A DNA stretch of 64,000 nt, from contig URCJ01000001.1 of assembly GCA_900546285.1 (NCBI GenBank), positions 40,590-104,589 of the forward strand, written 5' to 3'. The notes beneath the pieces are model-generated. The model was not told the origin of the DNA and made no database searches. It saw only the letters and a list, made by a program, of their open reading frames with translations. The stretch's first letter is position 1. The number at the start of each line of letters is the position of its first letter. Both the position numbers and the translations under genes were made by a program. The stretch comes from an uncultured Solobacterium sp. GTDB taxonomy: Bacteria > Bacillota_I > Bacilli_A > Erysipelotrichales > Erysipelotrichaceae. Shown piece by piece: positions 37,042 to 45,255 of the stretch.

Positions 37042-37613
37042 ATAGCTCCTTCTATAATTTCATTTAAGCGATAGCCGCTTAGCAATTGTTTCAATGAAGT
37101 TTCTAAGGCTTTATCGAATTCTTTAAATACTTTAAGTGTTTCATTAAGGTTGGAATAGACTTTCCAATATTTACATGCCAGATAATTTTGTCCTTGATTT
37201 TCAATAAAGCCTTTGATGTCTTCGATAGGATAATTTAAGATGATTCCAAGCTCGTGAGGAAATGCAGTTTTCTTTAGATAAAAACTACTGAAACGTTTTG
37301 TGAGCTTGTTTAATACATAATTAAGGTCACATCTTTTATATCCTAGTTCTTTAAGATAAGTTTTCACTTCATCTTTAAATAGATACTCTTTTAAATTAGC
37401 TTCTCGATATATTAAGATAATTTCGTTTTTATTATTCTTATGCAATAGGTGAATAGACAAGGGGCTATTATCTAATACATTAAGAAGATAATTGTAAGTA
37501 CCTTTCTTACCAGTTATGGTATTAGCTATAGTTAGTCCTTTGATTACTGGGGCACAGGTGTTTATGAATGAATAGTTTAGTTTTTCTTTTGACATATTAC
37601 CTCCAGTTAGCAA
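37038..37613 (-). CDS. Conserved hypothetical protein (possibly DUF3793-like)
   Basis: 191 aa; FPHELGIILNYPIEDIKGFI resembles a motif I associate with DUF3793 (from memory, unverified). Confidence 0.35.
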   Translation of the reverse strand: MLTGGNMSKEKLNYSFINTCAPVIKGLTIANTITGKKGTYNYLLNVLDNSPLSIHLLHKNNKNEIILIYREANLKEYLFKDEVKTYLKELGYKRCDLNYVLNKLTKRFSSFYLKKTAFPHELGIILNYPIEDIKGFIENQGQNYLACKYWKVYSNLNETLKVFKEFDKALETSLKQLLSGYRLNEIIEGAI

Positions 37614-37680
37614 TAACTAACTATGTATATAGGTTAGCACATGCTAACTAATAATGCAAGAAAAAGATGAACAATTAAGT

Positions 37681-38949
37681 TCATCTCTTATACTTACACT
37701 TTCCCGCAACAAATGTTTGAACAGTTCTACCATAGACATTCATACCAATAAAAGGTGAGTTATGGCTCTTTGACTTAAAGTCTTCTTCTTTTATTTCATA
37801 TTCATTTGTTACATCAAATAGCGCAATATCTGCAACACTTCCTACTTTTAAAGTACCACGGTTTATATCCAATATCTCTGCACCCTTAGTTGACATCTTA
37901 TTTATTAGTTCAAGCGGTGTAAGAATGCCTGTTTTTACAAGATATGTATAAGACAAGGCAAATGATGTTTCAATGCCTACAATACCATTTAAGGCTTTCT
38001 CGATAGGTTTAGACTTTTCTTCTTTACTATGAGGTGCATGGTCAGTAGCGATTACATCAATTGTGCCGTTTCTTAAGGCTTCTTTAACAGCTTCAACATC
38101 TTCTTTACTACGAAGAGGTGGGTTCATTTTCTTGTTAGGATCACCATTTACATCATCTTTATTAAAGATAAAGTAGTGAGGTCCTGTTTCACAAGTTACC
38201 TTAATTCCTCTTTCTTTAGCGGTCTTAATAATGTCTAGGCTATTTTTAGTACTTATATGACATAGGTGTATTCTTGCGTTGGCTTCATTAGCTAACATGA
38301 TGTCTCTTGCGACAATCAATTCTTCGCCAACGCTAGTAGAAGCAAGTGAATCATCTTCAGTATGTGAGAATACTTGTAGATTTAATTCTTTAGCTTCTTT
38401 AATACCTTCTAACATCACCTTAGAATTCATTACTGAGCGACCATCTTCACTGATAGCGCAAATACCCTTACCGTTAATCTTTTTAGTAATGGTGTCAACT
38501 TCCATCATCTTTTGAAAGTCACATAGTTCTTCACCCTTTTGACCCTTAGTGATAGCGGCGATAGTTAATACGTTGATTAGATTAGCTTCTTTTGCCTTCT
38601 TATCAACATATTCTAATGTTTCTACACTATCAATTACAGGCTTAGTATTAGGCATCATACATACAGTAGTAAAGCCACCGTGTATAGCAGCTTCAGAGCC
38701 ACTTTTAATGTCTTCTTTATACTCTAGTCCTGGTTCTCTAAAGTGAACATGTAGGTCGATTAAACCTGGTGTTACCCATAGACCCTTGGCGTTAATTGTT
38801 TCAGCTTTTTCAAAGTCTTTAGCTTCTCCTAATGTCTTGTCAGCTAATTCAATCATGACAATCTTGTCATCATCAAGATATAAACTACCTTCTTCACATA
38901 GGTTTTGACTAGGGTCGATGATTAAACCGTTTTTAATAATCTTTTTCAT
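37681..38949 (-). CDS. pyrC: Dihydroorotase
   Basis: Metal-binding DLHVHFREPG and DHAPH; 422 aa. Confidence 0.9.
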   Translation of the reverse strand: MKKIIKNGLIIDPSQNLCEEGSLYLDDDKIVMIELADKTLGEAKDFEKAETINAKGLWVTPGLIDLHVHFREPGLEYKEDIKSGSEAAIHGGFTTVCMMPNTKPVIDSVETLEYVDKKAKEANLINVLTIAAITKGQKGEELCDFQKMMEVDTITKKINGKGICAISEDGRSVMNSKVMLEGIKEAKELNLQVFSHTEDDSLASTSVGEELIVARDIMLANEANARIHLCHISTKNSLDIIKTAKERGIKVTCETGPHYFIFNKDDVNGDPNKKMNPPLRSKEDVEAVKEALRNGTIDVIATDHAPHSKEEKSKPIEKALNGIVGIETSFALSYTYLVKTGILTPLELINKMSTKGAEILDINRGTLKVGSVADIALFDVTNEYEIKEEDFKSKSHNSPFIGMNVYGRTVQTFVAGKCKYKR

Positions 38950-39407
38950 TATTTTTTGTTAAATGAAACAATCTCATCGCAGTATTCACAACGATATTCT
39001 CTTGTTTCAGGGTTGATTAAATGGAAGATATGAGGGATGCCACTTTCTACAGAAGTAACACATCTTGGGTTCTTGCACTTAATAACGTTTGTTACTGTTT
39101 CAGGTAAAGATAATTTAATCTTTTCAGCAATCTTACCATCTTTGATGATATTAACAGTAGCATTTGGGTCAATTAGACCAAGTACAGTTAAGTCAACGTC
39201 AGTAACGTTTTGAATCTTGATGATATCTTTTTTACCATGTTTTTGGCTTTGAGCGTTCATGATAAAGGCGATAGTGTTTTCGCTTGTGTCAATATTTAGG
39301 TATTCTAGAATTTGAGCACCTAAGCCTGCAGTGATATGGTCAATTACGATTCCGTTTTCAATACTAGTTACAATCATTTTTAGCCTCCTATTAACCTTCA
39401 ATTCCAA
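38949..39407 (-). CDS. pyrI: Aspartate carbamoyltransferase regulatory subunit
   Basis: 152 aa; C-terminal Zn domain CKNPRC...CEYCD. Confidence 0.85.
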   Translation of the reverse strand: MELKVNRRLKMIVTSIENGIVIDHITAGLGAQILEYLNIDTSENTIAFIMNAQSQKHGKKDIIKIQNVTDVDLTVLGLIDPNATVNIIKDGKIAEKIKLSLPETVTNVIKCKNPRCVTSVESGIPHIFHLINPETREYRCEYCDEIVSFNKK

Positions 39408-40317
39408 GTAAGCTCATGATTAGAGCCATACGTACGAACATACCGTTCTTTGCCTGTTCGAAATATTTTGCACGTGGATCACTATCAACTTCGGTTGAAA
39501 TTTCATTAACTCTTGGTAGTGGGTGTAAAACAATCATGTCCTTCTTAGCTAGTTCCATCTTTTCCTTATCTAGGATATAAGTGTCCTTTAGACGGATATA
39601 GTCGTCTTCATTGAAGAAACGTTCTCTTTGAACACGAGTCATGTATAGAACATCAACTTCGCCTAGTGCTTCTTGCATAGTTCTTACTTCTTTGAATTCG
39701 ATGTTGTTTTTGATTAAAACTTCTTTTCTAACATAATCAGGGATTGTTAATTCTTCTGGAGAAATTAATACAAACTTAACGTTCTTATATCTTGATAACG
39801 CCTTAATTAGAGAGTGTACTGTACGACCAAACTTTAGGTCACCACAGCAACCTACTGTAATGTTTTCAAAAGTACCTAATGTTCTTCTGATAGTTAATAA
39901 GTCAGTTAATGTTTGTGTTGGATGTTGGTGACCACCATCACCTGCGTTAATAACTGGCATGTCAGTGCTATTAGCAGCAACTCTTGGAGCACCTTCCTTT
40001 GGATGACGCATAACTGCAACGTCTGCGTAACATGAGATTGTTCTAATTGTATCAGCGATACTTTCGCCCTTAGCAACTGAACTTGAATTTGGTTCAGAGA
40101 AGCCAATAACTTGACCACCTAGTCTTAACATTGCAGCTTCAAAGCTGAAACGTGTACGTGTACTTGGTTCATAGAATAGAGTAGCTAATAGCTTTTCATC
40201 ACACGCATGTGCATATTTTTGAGGGTCAGCAATAATACGGTCTGCTAAATCAAAAATACCATCTAATTCTTCTAAACTGAAATCCATTGGTTCCAATAAG
40301 CTTCTGCCTTTTAACAT
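39391..40317 (-). CDS. pyrB: Aspartate carbamoyltransferase catalytic subunit
   Basis: STRTR and HPLP motifs. The true start is the MLKGRS Met behind the GGAGG RBS; the 18-codon upstream extension in the track ORF is leader. Confidence 0.9.
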   Translation of the reverse strand: MLKGRSLLEPMDFSLEELDGIFDLADRIIADPQKYAHACDEKLLATLFYEPSTRTRFSFEAAMLRLGGQVIGFSEPNSSSVAKGESIADTIRTISCYADVAVMRHPKEGAPRVAANSTDMPVINAGDGGHQHPTQTLTDLLTIRRTLGTFENITVGCCGDLKFGRTVHSLIKALSRYKNVKFVLISPEELTIPDYVRKEVLIKNNIEFKEVRTMQEALGEVDVLYMTRVQRERFFNEDDYIRLKDTYILDKEKMELAKKDMIVLHPLPRVNEISTEVDSDPRAKYFEQAKNGMFVRMALIMSLLGIEG

Positions 40318-40400
40318 AAAAGTTCCTCCTAAATAAAAACCTTCAAACATAAAATACATTTGAAGGCGCACATCAAAAGAAACCAGTGTTTTTTCAAGCC
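40318..40400 (-). promoter_or_regulatory. pyrB leader with terminator hairpin and candidate antiterminator (attenuator)
   Basis: Minus-strand RNA: ...GAAGGC...GCGCCUUCAAAUGUAUUUUAUGUUUGAAGGUUUUUAUUUAGGAGG. The hairpin CCUUCAAA/UUUGAAGG plus a U-run sits directly before the RBS. An upstream UGAAGGC can pair with GCCUUCA as an alternative structure. Confidence 0.45.
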
Positions 40401-40714
40401 TTCATAGTATCTCGTACTAAATTAAAGGTTTTACCAAAACTATTATATGCAATTTTCATGCCATTTCAACATCGATTTGATAAAAAGAAAAATTGCCTAT
40501 TGAATAGTTGCTAATCGTACATAAAACAAATAGAAAATATGTACGAAAGGAAAAATGTTAGAAATTAATGATCATAATGTATAAAGTAGGATTAGGTTTT
40601 GTGTCAAATAATGCTTAATCCTTTTTTATATAGTGTTGCGGTGCCAGGCTTATTAAAAATATGAGTCGTTTTGGGGTATAATTGATTAGGAAAAGTGGAA
40701 GAGGTTAATAATTA

Positions 40715-40999
40715 ATGAAGGAACATAATCATTATCATTCACCAGAGGTTAAGAAGAAGGAACTTAATAGACTTTCTAAAACTATTGGTCATCTTGAGAA
40801 GGTAAAGAGAATGATTGAAAATGATGAGGATTGTGCAGATGTTCTAATTCAATTGTCAGCTTGTAGGGGAGCTTTAAATTCTTTGGGTAAGGAAATAATC
40901 AATGAACATATGGAACATTGTATTGTTCATGCACTAGAAGATGGGGATACCAAAGCTTTGGATTCTTTTAAAGAAGCAATTAAGAAGTTTAGTTTATGA
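40715..40999 (+). CDS. Second CsoR/RcnR-family metal-sensing repressor
   Basis: 94 aa with C(DCADV)...H-x3-C(EHMEHC) signature positions. Confidence 0.65.
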   Translation: MKEHNHYHSPEVKKKELNRLSKTIGHLEKVKRMIENDEDCADVLIQLSACRGALNSLGKEIINEHMEHCIVHALEDGDTKALDSFKEAIKKFSL

Positions 41000-41472
41000 A
41001 GAATGTTGAAATTGAAAGAAAATGGATGGTAAGGGGCTGGCCAAATAATCTTGAGCTTCTTTATACAGAAAAGATGAGACAGGGTTATATTTCAACTAGT
41101 CCTACAGTAAGAATTAGGGATGAGGATTCTAAGTATATCCTATGTTTTAAGTCAAAGGGTAAGTTGTCTAGAAAAGAAATAGAAATGGAAATCTCTAAGG
41201 ATAAGTTTGATGAATTAGAGGATCTAATTGGTTTGCCTCTTATTGATAAAGTAAGAAAGACTTATTTGTTAAGTGATGGGCATCATTTGGAAGTTAACTT
41301 GGTTGATGAGAAATTCTATTATGCTGAAGTAGAATTTTCTAATGAGGAGGAAGCATTGTCTTTTAATCCTCAAGATGTCAATTTAGGTGATTACTTAGAT
41401 GATGAAGTAACTTATCAAAAGGGCCAATCAATGGCTGCTTATTGGATAGAAACTAGGGGTAATAAACAATGA
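40996..41472 (+). CDS. CYTH-domain (triphosphate tunnel metalloenzyme) protein
   Basis: N-terminal EIERKW (ExExK motif); 158 aa. Confidence 0.7.
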   Translation: MKNVEIERKWMVRGWPNNLELLYTEKMRQGYISTSPTVRIRDEDSKYILCFKSKGKLSRKEIEMEISKDKFDELEDLIGLPLIDKVRKTYLLSDGHHLEVNLVDEKFYYAEVEFSNEEEALSFNPQDVNLGDYLDDEVTYQKGQSMAAYWIETRGNKQ

Positions 41473-42296
41473 AGATGTATATTTTAAAGATAGTATTAAT
41501 AATAATTTTGGTATATTTGTTGATGTTGATGCCAAATATGAACAAGGAACGTAAAGAGGCTATGTCTTCTTTTGAAGATGTATATATAGCTCATAGAGGA
41601 TTGTTTAATAATATTGATATTCCTGAAAATAGCTTAATCGCTTTTAAAAGAGCAGTTAAACATGGCTATGGCATTGAATTAGATGTTCAAATGACAACTG
41701 ATAAGAAGTTAGTGGTGTTCCATGATGCTAATTTATTTAGAATGTGTGGTGTTGATAAGAAGTTAACTGATTGTACATATGAGGAACTTCAAAAGTATTC
41801 ATTGGTTAATACTAAGCATAAGATTCCTTTGTTTGAGGATGTATTAAAAGAATTGGATAAGGATACACCGTTAATTGTTGAAATTAAGTCTGAGGGACCA
41901 TGTATTGAGACTTGTGATTTGAGTGTTGAGATGCTAAAAAATTATGATCTTAATTATGTAATGGAATCTTTTAATCCTTTGGTTGTTTATCATCTAAAGA
42001 AGTATCATCCAGAGATTATTAGAGGCCAATTAGCTTATAACATGTTTAAGGATAAGAAGAATACTGCTAATATGTTTGTTAAGTTTGCGGGTACAAACCT
42101 ATTAGCTAATTTCTTAACTAAACCAGATTTTGTTGCCTATGATGTTAGAAATAAGAATAATCTATCATTTAATATTGTTTCTAGATTATATAAGGCTGAA
42201 TGTGTAGCTTGGACAGTTAAGAATCAAAGTATGTTAGAAGACTGTGGTGGTCTATATCAACAAATTATCTTTGATTCATTTATTCCTAAGAAGTAG
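41469..42296 (+). CDS. Glycerophosphodiester phosphodiesterase-family protein, membrane-anchored
   Basis: HRG...E(L/I)D(V/I) GDPD motifs (IAHRGLFNN...GIELDVQMTTDKKLVVFHD) and an N-terminal TM. Confidence 0.85.
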   Translation: MKMYILKIVLIIILVYLLMLMPNMNKERKEAMSSFEDVYIAHRGLFNNIDIPENSLIAFKRAVKHGYGIELDVQMTTDKKLVVFHDANLFRMCGVDKKLTDCTYEELQKYSLVNTKHKIPLFEDVLKELDKDTPLIVEIKSEGPCIETCDLSVEMLKNYDLNYVMESFNPLVVYHLKKYHPEIIRGQLAYNMFKDKKNTANMFVKFAGTNLLANFLTKPDFVAYDVRNKNNLSFNIVSRLYKAECVAWTVKNQSMLEDCGGLYQQIIFDSFIPKK

Positions 42297-42320
42297 AGAC
42301 TAGATGAGTCTTTTTCTTAA
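42297..42320 (+). terminator. Terminator after the GDPD gene
   Basis: AGACT-agatg-AGTCT followed by TTTTTC. Confidence 0.4.
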
Positions 42321-42333
42321 ATATTTTAATGAT

Positions 42334-42413
42334 TGGCTCTAAAAATGTTTGGAAACTGTATTTATTGGCTCTAAAAATGTTGGAATTTTTTCTAGAATGG
42401 CTCTAAAAATGTT
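42334..42413. repeat. Three direct repeats of TGGCTCTAAAAATGTT at 32-bp phasing
   Basis: Exact 16-nt core at 42334, 42366 and 42398. Confidence 0.8.
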
Positions 42414-42519
42414 GCTTGGCCAAATAATAACTTATAAATCTCTTACATCTTATAGCTTATAAATAACTTATTGACAAATATTTTATTTGTAGGACAATTA
42501 AGGTAAGTAATAATCTATG

Positions 42520-42727
42520 TATAGAGGTAGCGACGAAAATTAGTAGTTAAGTGAAGAGGCATCTAATGATCTTAACAAAAGGTAACCGTCGCCGAATGTA
42601 TTAGCTAGGCATATCTAATACATGGGGAATTAGGGAATACCTATTTCACTCCTTCGAAAGAAGAGGCGCTATTGTATGTTCGGTTCATTATAGTCGTATG
42701 TGCAATTAGCACATACGATTTTTACTT
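42520..42727 (+). promoter_or_regulatory. Structured 5' leader, probable lysine (L-box) riboswitch-like element with an intrinsic terminator as expression platform
   Basis: Contains AGAGGTAGCG near the 5' end, CCGTCGCCGAA (the L-box GUCGCCGAAG core as I recall it), a 9-bp hairpin ATGTATTAG...CTAATACAT, a GGGAATACC hairpin loop, and the terminator TCGTATGTGC-aattag-GCACATACGA plus T5 at 42694-42723, directly before an amino-acid ABC operon. Confidence 0.45.
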
Positions 42728-42757
42728 TAATACATTTAGGTTTAGGGGGTAAAAGAA

Positions 42758-43612
42758 ATGAAAAGATTACTTGGTGTATTAATGGCAATTTTAATGTTGG
42801 TGACTTTAAGTGCTTGTGGTGGGGATTCATCTGCTAAAAGTGGTGTTGAAGATGGTGTTTTAACTATCGCTATGGAATGTGCATATGCTCCATATAATTG
42901 GACACAGACAGATGACTCTAATGGTGCAGTACCAATTAAGGGTACAAATGATTACGCAAATGGTTATGATGTAATGATTGCGAAAAGAATTTGTGAGGCC
43001 AATGGATGGGAGCTAGAGGTTGTAAGAAGTGACTGGGATTCTCTTGTGCCTAGTGTGCAAACTGGTGTAATTGACGCGGTTATTGCAGGACAATCAATGA
43101 CTAAAGAAAGAAGTCAACAAGTAGATTTCGCTGGTCCTTACTATTATGCAAGTTTCGCTATTCTAGTTAAGAAAGATTCACCTTTGGCTAATGCAACTTC
43201 AATTATGGATTTTGCCGGCTATAAGGGTTCAGCTCAATCAGCTACAATTTGGTATTCTGAGTGTTTACCTCAAATGGAAGGCGCTTTGATTCAAACAGCT
43301 GCTGAATCAGCCCCAGCGATGATTATGGGAGTAGAAACTGGTGTCTTTGATTTTGCGGTAACTGATATGCCAACAGCTACTGGTGCTGCTATTGCTTATA
43401 ACGATTTAAAGGTTTTAGATTTTAGTGGTACTGATGGCGACTTCAAGTTTAGTGAAGAAGAAAGAGAAGAAAATGTTAATATCGGTATTTCTGTAAGAAA
43501 GGGTAATACAGTTCTTAAAGAAGCAATTGATTCATATTTAGATACATTAACTGTTGATGATTTCAACACAATAATGGATGAAGCTATCAAGGTACAACCT
43601 TTAGGGGAATAA
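42758..43612 (+). CDS. Polar amino acid ABC transporter substrate-binding lipoprotein (family 3 SBP)
   Basis: Lipobox LSACGG and SBP_bac_3 pattern. Confidence 0.85.
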   Translation: MKRLLGVLMAILMLVTLSACGGDSSAKSGVEDGVLTIAMECAYAPYNWTQTDDSNGAVPIKGTNDYANGYDVMIAKRICEANGWELEVVRSDWDSLVPSVQTGVIDAVIAGQSMTKERSQQVDFAGPYYYASFAILVKKDSPLANATSIMDFAGYKGSAQSATIWYSECLPQMEGALIQTAAESAPAMIMGVETGVFDFAVTDMPTATGAAIAYNDLKVLDFSGTDGDFKFSEEEREENVNIGISVRKGNTVLKEAIDSYLDTLTVDDFNTIMDEAIKVQPLGE

Positions 43613-43616
43613 TTAA

Positions 43617-44432
43617 ATGTTAATTGATGATGTTGTAAAAGCGTGGACAACCTATTCTTCCACCTATATGGATGGTATTAAAAATACTTTACTATTAGCT
43701 TTTGTAGGTACATTATTTGGCTGTTTAATTGGTTTCTTATGTGGTATTTTACAAACTATTCCATATAAGAATAATGATAGTGGCATTAAGAAGTTTTTAA
43801 TAAAATTCTTAAGAGGAATTATTAGAGTCTATGTTGAGTTCTTTAGAGGAACTCCAATGGTACTACAGGCAGTATTCTTCTATTATGGTCTTCCATATTT
43901 AACACAGGGTGCAAAATTATGGAGCAGTGTATGGGCATGTGCAATGTTAGTAGTATCTATTAATACTGGTGCCTATATGGCAGAGACTGTAAGAGGTGGT
44001 ATCTTATCAATTGATAAGGGTCAAACAGAGGGTGCCAAGGCTATTGGTATGAACCATTGGCAAACAATGTTGTATGTAATTATGCCTCAAGTATTTAAGA
44101 ATATTCTTCCTCAAATTGGTAATAACTATATTATTAATGTCAAAGATACTTCAGTAATGTTTGTCATTACCTTTACTGAATTCTTTGCGGCACATAGAGC
44201 GGTAGTAGGTGCTACATACTTATATTTCCCTAGTGCTGTTATTGAAATGATTGGTTATTTAACAATGACATTGGTTGCTTCATTTATCTTAAGACTAATT
44301 GAAAAGAAGATGGCTGGTTCATCTTCATATACACTAGCTACAGTTGATCAATTGGCTCCTACTAGTGGCATTTTAAATTCACCACTTAAGGGTAGCAACT
44401 ATGATGAATATCATAAGGAGGGTGCAAAATAA
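43617..44432 (+). CDS. Polar amino acid ABC transporter permease (His/Glu/Gln/Arg/opine family)
   Basis: EAA-like loop ...[20 protein letters not shown]. Confidence 0.85.
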   Translation: MLIDDVVKAWTTYSSTYMDGIKNTLLLAFVGTLFGCLIGFLCGILQTIPYKNNDSGIKKFLIKFLRGIIRVYVEFFRGTPMVLQAVFFYYGLPYLTQGAKLWSSVWACAMLVVSINTGAYMAETVRGGILSIDKGQTEGAKAIGMNHWQTMLYVIMPQVFKNILPQIGNNYIINVKDTSVMFVITFTEFFAAHRAVVGATYLYFPSAVIEMIGYLTMTLVASFILRLIEKKMAGSSSYTLATVDQLAPTSGILNSPLKGSNYDEYHKEGAK

Positions 44433-45169
44433 TGGAACCTATTATTGAGATTAAGCACTTATCTAAGGCTTTTGGAGATCATGTTGTTTTAAAGGATATT
44501 AACTTTAAGGTAAACAAGGGTGATGTTACTTGTATTATTGGTGCTTCTGGTTCTGGTAAGTCTACAATGTTAAGATGCATTAACTTGTTAGAGACTCCAA
44601 GCGGTGGTGATGTTCTTTATCACGGCGAATCAGTATTGGCTAAGGGCTATAAATTGGATACTTATAGAAGTCAAGTTGGTATGTGTTTCCAATCATTTAA
44701 TTTATTTAATAATATGACTGTTTTAGAAAATTGTATTATTGGACAGGTTAAGGTTTTAAAGAAGTCACGTGAAGAAGCTAAAGAGAATGCGCTTATGTAT
44801 CTACAAAAGGTAGGTATGGCTGAATATATTAACGCAAGACCAGATCAAATATCTGGTGGTCAGAAACAAAGGGTTGCTATCGCAAGAGCACTAGCTATGG
44901 AACCTGAAGTATTGTTGTTTGATGAACCTACAAGTGCTCTAGATCCTGAAATGGTTAACGAAGTATTGACAGTTATGCGAGAATTAGCTAAAGAGGGCAT
45001 GACTATGATTGTTGTTACTCATGAAATGGGCTTTGCGAAACAAGTTTCTAATAGGGTTATCTTTATGGAAGATGGTTTAATTGCGGAAGAGGGTAGTCCT
45101 GAAGAAGTATTTGAACATCCTAAGAATGAAAGAACTAAGGAATTCTTGTCTAAGGTAGTTAATAAATAA
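44432..45169 (+). CDS. Polar amino acid ABC transporter ATP-binding protein
   Basis: Walker [10 protein letters not shown], signature [15 protein letters not shown], Walker [12 protein letters not shown]. Confidence 0.9.
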   Translation: MEPIIEIKHLSKAFGDHVVLKDINFKVNKGDVTCIIGASGSGKSTMLRCINLLETPSGGDVLYHGESVLAKGYKLDTYRSQVGMCFQSFNLFNNMTVLENCIIGQVKVLKKSREEAKENALMYLQKVGMAEYINARPDQISGGQKQRVAIARALAMEPEVLLFDEPTSALDPEMVNEVLTVMRELAKEGMTMIVVTHEMGFAKQVSNRVIFMEDGLIAEEGSPEEVFEHPKNERTKEFLSKVVNK

Positions 45170-45173
45170 GATG

Positions 45174-45206
45174 TTAGCTGTTACTTAATGTAGCAGCTTT
45201 TATTTT
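45174..45206 (+). terminator. Terminator of the amino-acid ABC operon
   Basis: AGCTGTTAC...GTAGCAGCT stem followed by TTTTATTTT. Confidence 0.45.
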
Positions 45207-45209
45207 GGA

Positions 45210-45243
45210 CATAAGAAAAGCTCTCGTTTGATTGAGAGCTTTA
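45210..45243 (-). terminator. Terminator of ppdK (minus strand)
   Basis: AAGCTCTC-gtttgatt-GAGAGCTT makes an 8-bp stem, with TTTTCTTAT on the minus strand. Confidence 0.5.
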
Positions 45244-45255
45244 ACTATTTATTGA

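Noticed and set aside
40318-40371. N-terminal 18-codon extension of pyrB in the ORF track ([18 protein letters not shown]).
   Set aside because: The strong GGAGG RBS and the conserved ATCase N-terminus (MLKGRSLL) are downstream. The extension overlaps the terminator hairpin of the leader and is therefore leader RNA, not coding sequence.
42334-42413. Possible CRISPR array (regularly spaced 16-mers); the same possibility was considered for 54697-54774.
   Set aside because: There are only three copies and the repeats are 16 nt long. The intervening 'spacers' are 16-17 nt and no cas genes are present; the repeats instead overlap or abut promoters. They are treated as operator/iteron-like repeats.
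42520-42727. T-box leader interpretation (AATTAGGG resembles the start of the T-box consensus AAUUAGGGUGGNACC).
   Set aside because: The UGGN bulge that pairs with the tRNA NCCA end is missing (the sequence reads AAUACC). No convincing specifier loop or AGAGA/GNUGA stem I elements were found, and the L-box features fit better. The alternative is kept in the finding text.
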